Below, piece by piece: positions 26,523 through 36,251 of a stretch of DNA of 64,000 nt. Position numbers and translations under genes: made by a program. The notes beneath the pieces were generated by a model. That model worked only from the letters and a program-made list of their open reading frames with translations. It was not told where the DNA came from and made no database searches. Numbering within the stretch: position 1 is the first letter of the stretch; each line of letters starts with the position of its first letter. Location: positions 3,409 to 67,408 of the forward strand of contig CAZAUT010000004.1 in NCBI GenBank assembly GCA_964488535.1, written 5' to 3'. This DNA comes from an uncultured Gammaproteobacteria bacterium. Its GTDB lineage: Bacteria > Patescibacteriota > Microgenomatia > UBA8517.

Positions 26523-27806
26523 ATGAACAATAAAGGGGTCTTGTTTACAATTCTTTTTCTCATCAACATTGTCCTTTTTGCAAAACTTAAATTTTTTATC
26601 CCCCAACTTTTTGGGGGTGCTAACCTAATTGATTTTCAGGCTTACTACCGATTGGCAAAAGATCTTATAATCGGCACTAACCCCTATGCGGTTTCTTATA
26701 TGCAAACACTTGGACCTCCGAGCGTGTTATTTTATTTTCTACCTTTTTCAATATTTAATTACCCAACCGCAAAGTTTCTATTCACTATAATTAATGTTAT
26801 TTGTGGGTTCGCAATGTGCCTTGTGTTGGCAAAATATTTTTTTCGAAACACCCACCGTCCGAGGAGTGCTTCGCACACCTCGGAGGTGAAAACGCCAAAT
26901 TTATACAAAATAAATATATTTTTGATGCTCACGCTTCTTTTTTTCTCCTCTTTTCCTGTCAGATTTTCGATAGAAAACGGACAACCGAATTTGGTAATTT
27001 GTTACTTGGTTGGTTTGTTAATTTGTAGTAAAAAAGGCAGATTCTGGACAAGACGGGTACCGTATGGTAACCCGTCAAGTCAGAATGACGACTCTACGAA
27101 AGTTCCCTACATTCTTGCATCTATTATTATTCTGAAAACAAATTATATTATTTCACTGGTATCGCTTCTTAAGAAGAATAAGCAATTGGTAATTATCACT
27201 TTTCTTTCCATTCTCTGTATTCTTATATTCTTATTCCCCATAATTAATCCCTCCCTATACACTTACTACCTAGGCCACAAAATAGGTAATTTATTTCCGT
27301 CGGTAAGCAGTTCCACACAACTTAATTATTATAACCAATCAATTCCAGCAAGGTTAAATTTCTTGGGATTAGGAAACGTTTCAATAATGCTTTACGCAGT
27401 GGTAATTATATTTATTCTTTGGATAGTTTATAAATCTCAAAATTTACTTCTCGGAATTATATCCTCAATCATTCTTTCTCCTGTTTCGTGGCAGCACTAC
27501 TACGCCGTTTTGTTTCCAATATTTGTTTTGTGTTTTGTAACCATTTTTTGCAGCAAGAAGATCCTGAAACCTCGTCAAGCGCGGTTGGCGCAAGTTCAGG
27601 ATGACAGACGACGGAAAATAAATCTTGTTCTGGTTTTAACATCTTTCTTTTTTTGGTGGATTGAGTTTCCGTTTCTTCACAACGCCCCCGTAAACTTTTT
27701 TACCGCAATCTTTTCATCACACCATCTGATATCTGCTTTTATATTGTTCTTGGTAATATATAAAAATTTGTTTCGCCCACATTCAGCTTCAAATGATGTA
27801 AAATAG
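26523..27806 (+). CDS. polytopic membrane protein, GT87/DUF2029-like (polyprenyl-phosphate-mannose dependent glycosyltransferase fold)
   Basis: N-terminal LIDFQAYYRLAKDLIIGTNPY resembles the DUF2029 signature. It contains an in-frame dispersed-repeat insertion at 27059-27091 (encoding RRVPYGNPSSQNDDS). Confidence 0.45.
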   Translation: MNNKGVLFTILFLINIVLFAKLKFFIPQLFGGANLIDFQAYYRLAKDLIIGTNPYAVSYMQTLGPPSVLFYFLPFSIFNYPTAKFLFTIINVICGFAMCLVLAKYFFRNTHRPRSASHTSEVKTPNLYKINIFLMLTLLFFSSFPVRFSIENGQPNLVICYLVGLLICSKKGRFWTRRVPYGNPSSQNDDSTKVPYILASIIILKTNYIISLVSLLKKNKQLVIITFLSILCILIFLFPIINPSLYTYYLGHKIGNLFPSVSSSTQLNYYNQSIPARLNFLGLGNVSIMLYAVVIIFILWIVYKSQNLLLGIISSIILSPVSWQHYYAVLFPIFVLCFVTIFCSKKILKPRQARLAQVQDDRRRKINLVLVLTSFFFWWIEFPFLHNAPVNFFTAIFSSHHLISAFILFLVIYKNLFRPHSASNDVK

Positions 27807-27811
27807 GGTTA

Positions 27812-29251
27812 ATGACAAAGAATAATTATTACATAACAACCACACTGCCATACGTAAATTCTGACCCGCATATCGGGTTTGCGTTGGAAATCGTACAGGC
27901 GGACGTTTTGGCACAATATCACAAGTTGCTTGGAGATAATGTTGTCTTTAATTACGGTACAGACGAACACGGAGTCAAAGTCTATAACAAGGCGCTCGAA
28001 GAAAATATTGATCCGCAAAAATATTGCGACAAGCTTGCGAAGACGTTCAAGTCTCTAAAAACCCACCTAAATCTTTCGTCAACAAATTTTATAAGGACAA
28101 CCGACCCGCACCATATCAAAGCGGCACAGGAATTTTGGAGACTGTGTGATAAAAACGGAGATATTTACAAAAAAAATTACAAAACAAAATATTGTGTTGG
28201 GTGCGAACTTGAAAAGACAGATTCGGAACTTGTTGACGGGAAATGCCCGATTCACCCAAACCGCGATATTGAAATAAGAGAAGAAGAAAATTATTTTTTC
28301 CGCTTTTCCAAATACCAAAAAGTGCTGCTTGATCTTTATAAAAGCAATCCCGATTTTGTAATCCCCTCAAATCGTCAAAAAGAAATTGCAACTTTCGTTA
28401 AAGACGGATTGCAGGATTTTTCAATTTCGCGCCTGAAAGAAAAAATGCCGTGGGGGATTCCCGTCCCAAACGATCCGGAACACGTTATGTATGTCTGGTT
28501 TGATGCTTTGATCAACTACATTTCAACTCTCGGATGGCCGGAAAACGAAAAAGGGTTAAATGATTATTGGCCGGCTATTCAGGTTGCCGGAAAAGACAAC
28601 CTCAGACCGCAATCAGCAATGTGGCAAGCGATGCTGGCATCGGCAAACCTTCCTTTTTCAAAACAAATTTTTATCCATGGATTTATGACGCTTAACGGGC
28701 AAAAGATAAGTAAAAGTCTGGGAAACACAATAGACCCGATAGAACTTGTAAAAAAATACGGGACCGACGCCGTGCGATATTATTTACTTGCCAAAATTCA
28801 TCCGTTTGAAGATTCGGATTTTACTTATGAAAAATTTGAGGATGTTTATAATTCGGACCTTGCAAACGGGTTGGGAAATTTGGTAGCGAGAGTTTCCAAA
28901 ATGGCGGAAAACATGGGGTTGATTGTTGAACCTTCCGATAAATTGGATGTTGGAAAAGGTGTCGGAGATGCGATTGAAAATTTCAGGTTTGACAACGCCC
29001 TCTTCTTTATTTGGGAAAAAATCGCAAAATTAGACGGAAAAATAAATGAGGTAAAACCGTGGGAGTATAAACAAAAAGAAAGAAATTTAGAGGAAATTAA
29101 AGGGTTTTTACGAGATGAAGCGATATTGCAAATTCGTGAGATCGCAATTTTATTAAAACCATTTCTTCCGGAAACGTCCGATAAAATTGAGAAACAATTT
29201 GAGGGGACAAAAATAAAATCGGGAGAGGCATTATTCCCCCGCCTTCACTAA
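27812..29251 (+). CDS. metG: methionine--tRNA ligase (minimal form)
   Basis: Class I HIGH region PYVNSDPHIGFA, connective motif NYGTDEHGVKV, KISKSLGN (KMSKS). Confidence 0.85.
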   Translation: MTKNNYYITTTLPYVNSDPHIGFALEIVQADVLAQYHKLLGDNVVFNYGTDEHGVKVYNKALEENIDPQKYCDKLAKTFKSLKTHLNLSSTNFIRTTDPHHIKAAQEFWRLCDKNGDIYKKNYKTKYCVGCELEKTDSELVDGKCPIHPNRDIEIREEENYFFRFSKYQKVLLDLYKSNPDFVIPSNRQKEIATFVKDGLQDFSISRLKEKMPWGIPVPNDPEHVMYVWFDALINYISTLGWPENEKGLNDYWPAIQVAGKDNLRPQSAMWQAMLASANLPFSKQIFIHGFMTLNGQKISKSLGNTIDPIELVKKYGTDAVRYYLLAKIHPFEDSDFTYEKFEDVYNSDLANGLGNLVARVSKMAENMGLIVEPSDKLDVGKGVGDAIENFRFDNALFFIWEKIAKLDGKINEVKPWEYKQKERNLEEIKGFLRDEAILQIREIAILLKPFLPETSDKIEKQFEGTKIKSGEALFPRLH

Positions 29252-29402
29252 AGTTTCGGCGGGAAAGTAAGAATTTAGTAGTATGTAGAATGTAGTATGT
29301 AGAATGCGTATAACTTTCGTTCCATACTACTTGCTAGCTACTACTTTCTACAATGTTTAAATCCTACGTCTTGAAGCATGACCCAACTTCGCCAAGGCTA
29401 CG

Positions 29403-30917
29403 ATGGGCGAGACAGGTTTATTATGTATGCGTAATTTTATCTTAAAACACGAACGGTCTGTCCAGAGAATGCTGGAAATCCTTCCCGGCTTGGTATCGTG
29501 GAATATAATTTTATTTCCCTATTGGGGAATATTTGTTATACCCAACACCGTCGCCTATTTTGTCCTTGCATACAACGTCTACTGGTTTTACCAATCGGCA
29601 ACGATCGCAATTACTTCATACATTTCCCACATCAGAATTCAGGCCTCTATGATCTATAAATGGGAAGAGGATATAAAATCATTCCCGGATTACAAAAGGG
29701 TACACAATATAATAATTATCAGTACCTATAAAGAACCTCTTCATACACTGTCCCGAACCATCCAATCAGTAGCCGATCAAACTCTTTCAAAAAAACAAAT
29801 TAGTATAGTTCTTGCAATGGAGGAGAAAGAGACCGAAGAAGAGAGGACAAAGAAGATCCAGACGTTAAACTTACAATTTAAAAAAACATTTGCAAATTTT
29901 TTTGTAACCGTTCACAAACTTACAGCGGGGGAGGTTGTGGGTAAGGCGTCGAATGAAAGATGCGCTGCAATGTGGGTCAAAAAAGAACTGGTCGACAGAA
30001 GAAAAATGGACATGAACTATATAACGATTACAAGCTGCGACGCCGACCATGTCTACCACCCAAACCACTTTGCCTGTCTTACTTATAAATTTCTTGATAA
30101 TCCGAAACGTCATTTAATGTTCTGGCAGCCTGCAATCATGTTTTATAACAACATTTGGGAATTGCCCGCCATAACCCGGGTCCCGAACACTTTAGGCTCA
30201 ATTTGGAACCTTTCCCAATTACCCCGCAAGGACCGTCTTATTAACCAACAAAACTACTCCCTTTCTCTAACTCTTTTACACCAGGCAGGATACTGGGATG
30301 CCGACAAAATTCCTGAAGATTGGGGAATATTTTTCAAAGCATATTTCAAAAACAGGGGAGAAGTAGAGGTTGAACCACTATATCTCCCGGTAAAAGTCGA
30401 CGCTGCTCAGTCCACCACCCTTATCAAAACTTTGAAAAACCAATACGAACAGTATAAACGTTGGGCGTGGGGAGTATCTGACGATCCATGGATCATACGA
30501 CAATATCTGACCAATCCGGATATTCCGTTTTGGAGTCGAACTATGAGATTAATTACGGTTATGTGGGCACACTTTTTATGGCCGGTTAATTGGTTTATTA
30601 TCACAATCGGATTAACTCTTCCTTCAATTATTAACCCTGCTTTCGGACGCACTACTTTGGGTTATATGGTTCCCAAAATTTCATCTTTTATATTAACCGT
30701 AGCTTTACTTTTTTTGGTAGTAATGATTATTTTTGACAATATCTATAAGCCAAAAAGACCTTCTCATTTTCCTCTCTGGAGGGCGTTATTAACACCTTTG
30801 GAATACGTTTTGATGCCTGTTGCAGGATTCTTTTTTTCCGCCCTCCCCGGACTTGATGCACATACAAGGCTGATGCTGGGAAAATATCTTGAGTACAGGG
30901 TAACGGAGAAAGTGTAG
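29403..30917 (+). CDS. GT2-family membrane glycosyltransferase
   Basis: GT-A core with ISTYKEP...VLAMEE, DxD-type ITSCDADHVY, flanked by N- and C-terminal transmembrane segments. Confidence 0.55.
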   Translation: MGETGLLCMRNFILKHERSVQRMLEILPGLVSWNIILFPYWGIFVIPNTVAYFVLAYNVYWFYQSATIAITSYISHIRIQASMIYKWEEDIKSFPDYKRVHNIIIISTYKEPLHTLSRTIQSVADQTLSKKQISIVLAMEEKETEEERTKKIQTLNLQFKKTFANFFVTVHKLTAGEVVGKASNERCAAMWVKKELVDRRKMDMNYITITSCDADHVYHPNHFACLTYKFLDNPKRHLMFWQPAIMFYNNIWELPAITRVPNTLGSIWNLSQLPRKDRLINQQNYSLSLTLLHQAGYWDADKIPEDWGIFFKAYFKNRGEVEVEPLYLPVKVDAAQSTTLIKTLKNQYEQYKRWAWGVSDDPWIIRQYLTNPDIPFWSRTMRLITVMWAHFLWPVNWFIITIGLTLPSIINPAFGRTTLGYMVPKISSFILTVALLFLVVMIIFDNIYKPKRPSHFPLWRALLTPLEYVLMPVAGFFFSALPGLDAHTRLMLGKYLEYRVTEKV

Positions 30918-31355
30918 GTAAGTTTTGGGTTACTTGGTTACTTAGTAGATTTGAAAATGGTTGATTGAAATTCGAAAATGGTTATGGACATTAGATATTT
31001 GAAAATAGTGAACACAACTTTCCATTTTCCATTTTCTATTACTAATTTCTAATTTCCTTCAACTAATTTCTATTTAATGTTTCAGGTTTTGTTATTAGAA
31101 ATTAATGATTTTTCCCACTCCTCCCCTACCATTTTCTAAAAAAATATATCCTGTAGTATGTGCCTAGGAATTTGTAGATAATTTATCAGGCACAATATTG
31201 CCATGCCGAGTTTGACTCGGTGCGACAACCCCCAACAAAAACATTTTCTATTTCCTAATTTTCAATTTACCATTTATTTTCAATTTAAAAATTGGTCAAT
31301 AAACAAATCGTTCCAATATAGAAAATCAGAAAACTGACAATTGTTACGTATGTAC

Positions 31356-31934
31356 TTATTTTCCTACAGTGAATCCCTTCGAATTACCGTATCTTATAAA
31401 TCCCTCAATATCCAAGGTTGTGTTTTTAATTATGCAATCCTGAAATCCGGTTCCTGAAATATTGGCTCCGGAAAAATCAGTATCCGTAAGATTGCATCTT
31501 TCAAACACTCCCCTTTCCAAATTGCTTCCTCCAAATGAAACTCCCGAAAGGTCGCAGAAAACAAATAAACTATTTTCAAGTTTGGAATTTTCAAATTTAC
31601 AATTCTTCAGATCCATTTTTTTTCTTTCCCCTACCCGACCGTTTTTCATTTTCTGAAAAATCGCGTTAACCAAAATAGTTCCCGAAAAATCACAATTTTT
31701 AATATCCGCATCGCCAAAATCTAGGTTTGATAAGTTGCTTTCCGGAAAAACGCATCCCGAAAAACTCACTATTTCAAGTACACTTCCCCTAAAATCACAA
31801 TCCCTAAATTCACAATTTGTAAAATTGGAAAATCGGAAGACGAGATTGTTGAACTTGCAGTGAAGAAACTTCACATCCTCAAAATCGTTCCCCTGAATTT
31901 CATTTTCTGTGAATATTTTGTGTTTATAGTTCAT
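31356..31934 (-). CDS. pentapeptide-repeat protein
   Basis: Consecutive A(D/N)LxX pentapeptides (CKFNNLVFRFSNFTNCEFRDCDFRGSVLEIVSFSGCVFPESNLSNLDFGDADIKNCDF...). Confidence 0.8.
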   Translation of the reverse strand: MNYKHKIFTENEIQGNDFEDVKFLHCKFNNLVFRFSNFTNCEFRDCDFRGSVLEIVSFSGCVFPESNLSNLDFGDADIKNCDFSGTILVNAIFQKMKNGRVGERKKMDLKNCKFENSKLENSLFVFCDLSGVSFGGSNLERGVFERCNLTDTDFSGANISGTGFQDCIIKNTTLDIEGFIRYGNSKGFTVGK

Positions 31935-32431
31935 ATAACCCGAGAATCATACGCCCAATGAAGAAGGGCTTGGCGCTGACGTTTCCGGCAAGTCAAATCC
32001 CGCGAGCGGCAATTTTTTTTAATTTGAGCAACGTGGCGTTTCATTTGTTTCCAGCGTTTAACTTGTCTCTCATCATCAAGTGTTCGTCGCCCTATAAAAT
32101 ACCGGCAGTACCATTGAAACCAACCCCTTGGATCCTGCGAATTGATCCAACCTTTTTTCTGCCAAACTTTCAGGGGTTGGCTCGCATCAACCTCAAAATA
32201 GTTTATTTTTGGATTTTTACCTTCGGGAGACAGTTTTGCTTTTACAAACCAACTTTTTGGAAATTCGGATCTGCAATCCGTCATATATTTCCCGCCAAAG
32301 ACACCAAGTTCCAACATTTCCTTTGGAGTTAATTCCGGTTTAAAATCGGGCTCAAAATTTTTCCCCATCGGCTGGGTAAGATAATACCGATATCCTTTCT
32401 GCATTTTGTCATTTACCACAACCACCTTCAT
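31931..32431 (-). CDS. conserved hypothetical protein (Trp/Arg-rich; no family recognised)
   Basis: 166 aa. The 4-bp overlap with the pentapeptide-repeat gene suggests translational coupling. Confidence 0.35.
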   Translation of the reverse strand: MKVVVVNDKMQKGYRYYLTQPMGKNFEPDFKPELTPKEMLELGVFGGKYMTDCRSEFPKSWFVKAKLSPEGKNPKINYFEVDASQPLKVWQKKGWINSQDPRGWFQWYCRYFIGRRTLDDERQVKRWKQMKRHVAQIKKNCRSRDLTCRKRQRQALLHWAYDSRVI

Positions 32432-32494
32432 GTTTTGTTTAAAATTTTAGGAGCTAACCCCCAACCTCTATTCATTATCGCAACATGGTGCATT

Positions 32495-32884
32495 TTATTT
32501 TTTATATGTAGTTTTGTGAGGGTTTAACACCAAGGGGTAGACATCAAACGCCACCTCTTCATACGGATGAACTTTATTTACTGCTTTTATAATTTTCTTC
32601 AGATCCTTTTTGTAACACACTGTTTCTATTCTTTCCTCAACCACCTCTTCGTACTTGCCGATCTTTCCAATTGTCGGATGAGCGGACGGAAGAGGTATAT
32701 ACCTACCGACCCCCTTGACAGAAAAACTACAGTGGGAATAGTCACCAATTAACCCCGCACCTGTATCCCCCATCGCTTTTCTTACAACATCCGCGTGTGC
32801 TTCGGGGACAAAAACAACAATTTTTACAACATCTGTTTGCATGGCTTTCCAATATGATACTACAATTGTAGTATAGATTCCCAC
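32495..32884 (-). CDS. small PII/NIF3-insert-like domain protein (HPYEE(V/P)A motif)
   Basis: KIVVFVPEAHADVVRKAM...GAGLIGDYSHCSF...VHPYEEVAFDVYPL resembles the NIF3/YqfO-family C-terminal half. Weak call. Confidence 0.3.
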   Translation of the reverse strand: MGIYTTIVVSYWKAMQTDVVKIVVFVPEAHADVVRKAMGDTGAGLIGDYSHCSFSVKGVGRYIPLPSAHPTIGKIGKYEEVVEERIETVCYKKDLKKIIKAVNKVHPYEEVAFDVYPLVLNPHKTTYKK

Positions 32885-32935
32885 AGCTTAAACCGTGGTC
32901 TTCTTAAACTAATGATAAAGATATAATATATTTCC

Positions 32936-33598
32936 ATGACACAAAAAATTATTTTTTTTGTAATTGTTTCTGTCGCCACATTTCTACCTTATAAGTGTTC
33001 AAGAAGTTTTTTTTCCAAAATGAAAAACTGGACATTGTCTTTGTTGTTGTCTTTTTGGTTTTTATTTTGGTCAGCCATCTTATTTCTAAAAGGATTCAGT
33101 TACTTCCGATTAGCAGTTGATCTTTTTGTAATATTGTTTGCAGTTACAATTACTTTTATTTGGATCATTTTCCCAATTCTTGTAAGAAAGTTCGGCAGGG
33201 CTCCGGCAAAACTTTTAAACAATCCTGCAAATAAACAATGGAACATGTTGAGGTTTGATCCAAAGTTCACTTCAATTAAATATTTTGAGGTGCTTACCCA
33301 GGAGATGGTGTTTTTGTTTTTATATTTTGTTTTATTAAAAAATGTTTCGCAAGATCACAGGGTATTGTTCTTTGCTTCCACCGTTGCCTTTTTCCACTTA
33401 GGTAACTTCTTTACGATGCACACAAAATGGGTATTATTTTATTTCTTGCTAAGCATTCCAATGGGGTTAATTTGGGGAATTCTTCTTGAAAAAGGAATGG
33501 TGTTAATAACATTCGGACTGCATCTACTTTTCTATTTGATCTTTAACGCTTACTTTTGGCTAGTAAAATCAGACAAATATCGTGATTCTACATCATAA
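32936..33598 (+). CDS. hypothetical polytopic membrane protein
   Basis: ORF plus 6-7 hydrophobic segments. Confidence 0.35.
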   Translation: MTQKIIFFVIVSVATFLPYKCSRSFFSKMKNWTLSLLLSFWFLFWSAILFLKGFSYFRLAVDLFVILFAVTITFIWIIFPILVRKFGRAPAKLLNNPANKQWNMLRFDPKFTSIKYFEVLTQEMVFLFLYFVLLKNVSQDHRVLFFASTVAFFHLGNFFTMHTKWVLFYFLLSIPMGLIWGILLEKGMVLITFGLHLLFYLIFNAYFWLVKSDKYRDSTS

Positions 33599-33614
33599 GA
33601 CATAATTATTTTAG

Positions 33615-33638
33615 TGCCGTAGTCTATACTACGGCACC
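33615..33638. repeat. 24-nt palindrome copy 4 (GTGCCGTAGTCTATACTACGGCAC variant)
   Basis: Lies between convergent genes, so it is terminator-like. Confidence 0.7.
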
Positions 33639-33642
33639 GGAA

Positions 33643-34335
33643 TTAATATTCATTAACAACGACTTTTCTGTCGACGTATACTAAATTTTTACTATTTACT
33701 ACTTCCTCCATTTCATCAAAGGTTGCAAAAACGTTCTTTAATCCGCGATACTTTTTTTCGTCCATCCAAATATTTTTCCCTTCGGGAACAACTTCCTTAA
33801 ATTCTCCTTTTGTATTTTTAACAAGGTAAACCCAGAAATATTTATCTTCCAAAAACCTTCCGTCTTTGTGAATGTGATGGTAATGAACAATACCTTTTAA
33901 TTCAAAATCCCCCGTCAACCCCGTTTCCTCTAAAAACTCTCTCTTTGCGCAATCCATGGGGTTTTCTCCCCATCGGATCTTTCCGCTATGGGAACCATAC
34001 CAACCGTAAAAGGGTTCTTTCAACCTTTGGTGCATAAGATACTCTTTCTTTCCGCCTTTAACCCTTAGCGCATGAATTGCAACCGCAACTTTTGCCTGTC
34101 TTTCAAGCTTCAAGGCATCAGTGTCCATTCGATTGGCAAATTCTTTTCCCTCGTCCGTCAGGGAATAGTAACTCCCCTCTTTTTTCACCAAGCCCTCTTT
34201 GATCAAATGTTTCAAATGGAAAGTGAAGTGGTCATTTGTTATATCTAACTTATTTAAGTCGCGGAACCTTGCGCGAGGAATGAAAAGAAGTTCTTTTAGT
34301 ATTGAAATTTGAAATTCGTGAATTTTAAGTTCCAT
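33643..34335 (-). CDS. NUDIX hydrolase with N-terminal winged-helix domain
   Basis: N-terminal wHTH (ISILKELLFIPRARFRDLNK...HLIKEGLV) plus Nudix box GKIRWGENPMDCAKREFLEETG. Confidence 0.6.
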   Translation of the reverse strand: MELKIHEFQISILKELLFIPRARFRDLNKLDITNDHFTFHLKHLIKEGLVKKEGSYYSLTDEGKEFANRMDTDALKLERQAKVAVAIHALRVKGGKKEYLMHQRLKEPFYGWYGSHSGKIRWGENPMDCAKREFLEETGLTGDFELKGIVHYHHIHKDGRFLEDKYFWVYLVKNTKGEFKEVVPEGKNIWMDEKKYRGLKNVFATFDEMEEVVNSKNLVYVDRKVVVNEY

Positions 34336-34340
34336 AATTG

Positions 34341-34625
34341 TTAATCTTCTGGGTTTAATAGCAATCCAATCTCCCTTTTAACTCTTATTCTTTCTTCTTT
34401 CGGCAAATCCTTTATCACGTCCAATGCTGACCACTGCAGCGGCTGACCGATATCTTCATATCCATCGAATTCCATTTTTGTACCAAGTTTAAAATCGGAA
34501 ATAATTTTCAGGGCAGCCGGTGATAATTGCGTTTCCTGTATTCTTTCAGGCATTGTCCGATTATCCAACAGGATCCGGTTTGTGTCTAGTAAAGCCGACT
34601 TTACCAAATATACAGCCACAGGCAT
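34341..34625 (-). CDS. hypothetical protein
   Basis: ORF only. Confidence 0.25.
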   Translation of the reverse strand: MPVAVYLVKSALLDTNRILLDNRTMPERIQETQLSPAALKIISDFKLGTKMEFDGYEDIGQPLQWSALDVIKDLPKEERIRVKREIGLLLNPED

Positions 34626-34742
34626 GAGACTGTGGGTTGACTATACTTGTGTCAGTGATACAGTGCACGGTAGCAAAACAGCAATAAAGGTTTTACGGAT
34701 TTGATAACAAATTGACTACGGATTCTACGTAAACGGTTGGTA

Positions 34743-34770
34743 TATGGTAACCCGTCAAGCCAGAATGACA
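34743..34770. repeat. dispersed repeat TATGGTAACCCGTCAAGCCAGAATGAC
   Basis: 27 of 28 nt identical to 27061-27088, where it lies inside a CDS. Confidence 0.6.
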
Positions 34771-34830
34771 AATGGAATCGGGGTGTGTAAGTCCTGCAAT
34801 AGTTAAAGTGCCTAAATTAAACAGGGAAAA

Positions 34831-35200
34831 CTATTTTGAAATCACTTCATTTGTAGGAATAATGCGGGAGCGGGTTTTTGAGTCCTGCGGAAAACCGGTT
34901 ATCAACAAATACCCTTGCCAACACCCTTTGGGAGGTACCATACGATGCCTCCCTTCGCAAATCTGAAGTTCCAAATGAGTCGTGTCAACCAATTTCGGCT
35001 CGTTCTTTACTTCGTAAATCCGATATTCCCCCTTCGCCAACTTCTGGTCGGTCTTGTGAGAGCGATGGGTTGTAACAAGCATTTCGCCAATTCTTTTCGT
35101 GAATACCCAAACAAAACTTTTCCCATCAAGGGTCAGAATCTTGGTGTCGTTTCTTGTTTCGACAAGCGAGTATTGGCCGGACTTTATTAATTTAATCATT
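34831..35200 (-). CDS. hypothetical protein
   Basis: ORF, with start placed at MIKLIKSG. No family recognised. Confidence 0.25.
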
Positions 35201-35261
35201 GTTAAATGGTTATATTGCCGTATTACTAAACGAGCGACAACCCTATCACCCGATTGGCCCA

Positions 35262-35440
35262 ATTAACCTAAATGGTACTTAAATCCTAAATCCTAAACTC
35301 TAAATCCTAAACAATACTTAATTTCAAATGTTTAAAACATTGTAATTTTGGATTTTGAATTTAATTAGAATTTAGAAATTAGAAATTAGTAATTTTTCCT
35401 AATATCCCAGTATCGTAATATCCTAATATCTTTCTTTTCC
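35262..35440. repeat. AT-rich tandem repeat tract (AAATCCTAAATCCTAAACTCTAAATCCTAAAC ... GAAATTAGAAATTAGTAAT ... TAATATCC repeats)
   Basis: Direct reading. GAAATTAGAAATTAGTAA recurs as its reverse complement at 31036-31060. Confidence 0.7.
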
Positions 35441-35441
35441 C

Positions 35442-35897
35442 CTACATTCCCCCATCTCTTAATCCCGTACATCTCCAGTTAATTTCTGCCTCAAGGTTGT
35501 CAACAAAAACGACACAAGCCGGGTTACACCCTTCTTTCTCTTCAATCGGGATAAAATCGATCCACCAGGTTCCTGTAGAATTATTGCAAAAATGGTTTGC
35601 TTCCAGTTTTCCGTCCATACATTTTGATTCGGCAATTTTCACAGCATCTTCATATACCATTTTATTTCCGGTCGGTGAATAACAAATACTTGTGTCCGCA
35701 AGGTCCTTTTCCGTATCTTCAACCGGATTTGGGTTACATCCGGTAACCGGCATCGGAGAATATGGATTTCCGTGTTTTATCCATGAACCGTTTTCACATA
35801 TCCAACCATCCTCGTTCCCTCCAAAGAGAAGACGGACGGTAACCAAACCGGCAACAACAATAATGGAAATTATCAACAAAGCAAGTATCTTCTTCAT
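35442..35897 (-). CDS. secreted Cys-rich small protein (signal peptide MKKILALLIISIIVVAG)
   Basis: Start placed at the internal MKKIL. The longer ORF N-terminus overlaps a GC-rich hairpin repeat. 12 Cys residues. Confidence 0.35.
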   Translation of the reverse strand: MKKILALLIISIIVVAGLVTVRLLFGGNEDGWICENGSWIKHGNPYSPMPVTGCNPNPVEDTEKDLADTSICYSPTGNKMVYEDAVKIAESKCMDGKLEANHFCNNSTGTWWIDFIPIEEKEGCNPACVVFVDNLEAEINWRCTGLRDGGM

Positions 35898-36251
35898 AAT
35901 ACAAGTATAAATAATAAACAGAAAACAGTAAACCCTCCTTCGTCCCGCCGTGCAGGACTTCGGGCGGATAAGGCAATAAACAGTAAATAAGAAACCTGAA
36001 GACAATACCTTTCCACAGCCAAAGCCTAGTGCCATACCATTTCAAACGCTTCGCGTTCGGATTGTCTGGTTCGGTCCTGCCTGCAGACAGGTCATCCCCC
36101 GCCAAGCAGTGGTTTTCTTGATCTAACGATATGCAAGAAGCACAAAACAGAAACGGAATTTGCTGCACCGGTTTCGCACTTTGTCACCAAACTCGATCGG
36201 GAATGACAGGGTGGTATTTCTGCGCAAACACGAAGCTGGTAATATTTCTTT

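Noticed and set aside
30918-31355. Possible structured ncRNA in the 440-bp convergent intergenic region
   Set aside because: It is mostly AT-rich direct and inverted repeats (GAAAATGGTT, TTCCATTTTC, AATTTCTAATTTCC) shared with other intergenic tracts. Only a short hairpin (CCGAGTTTGACTCGG) is present, with no recognisable RNA family signature.
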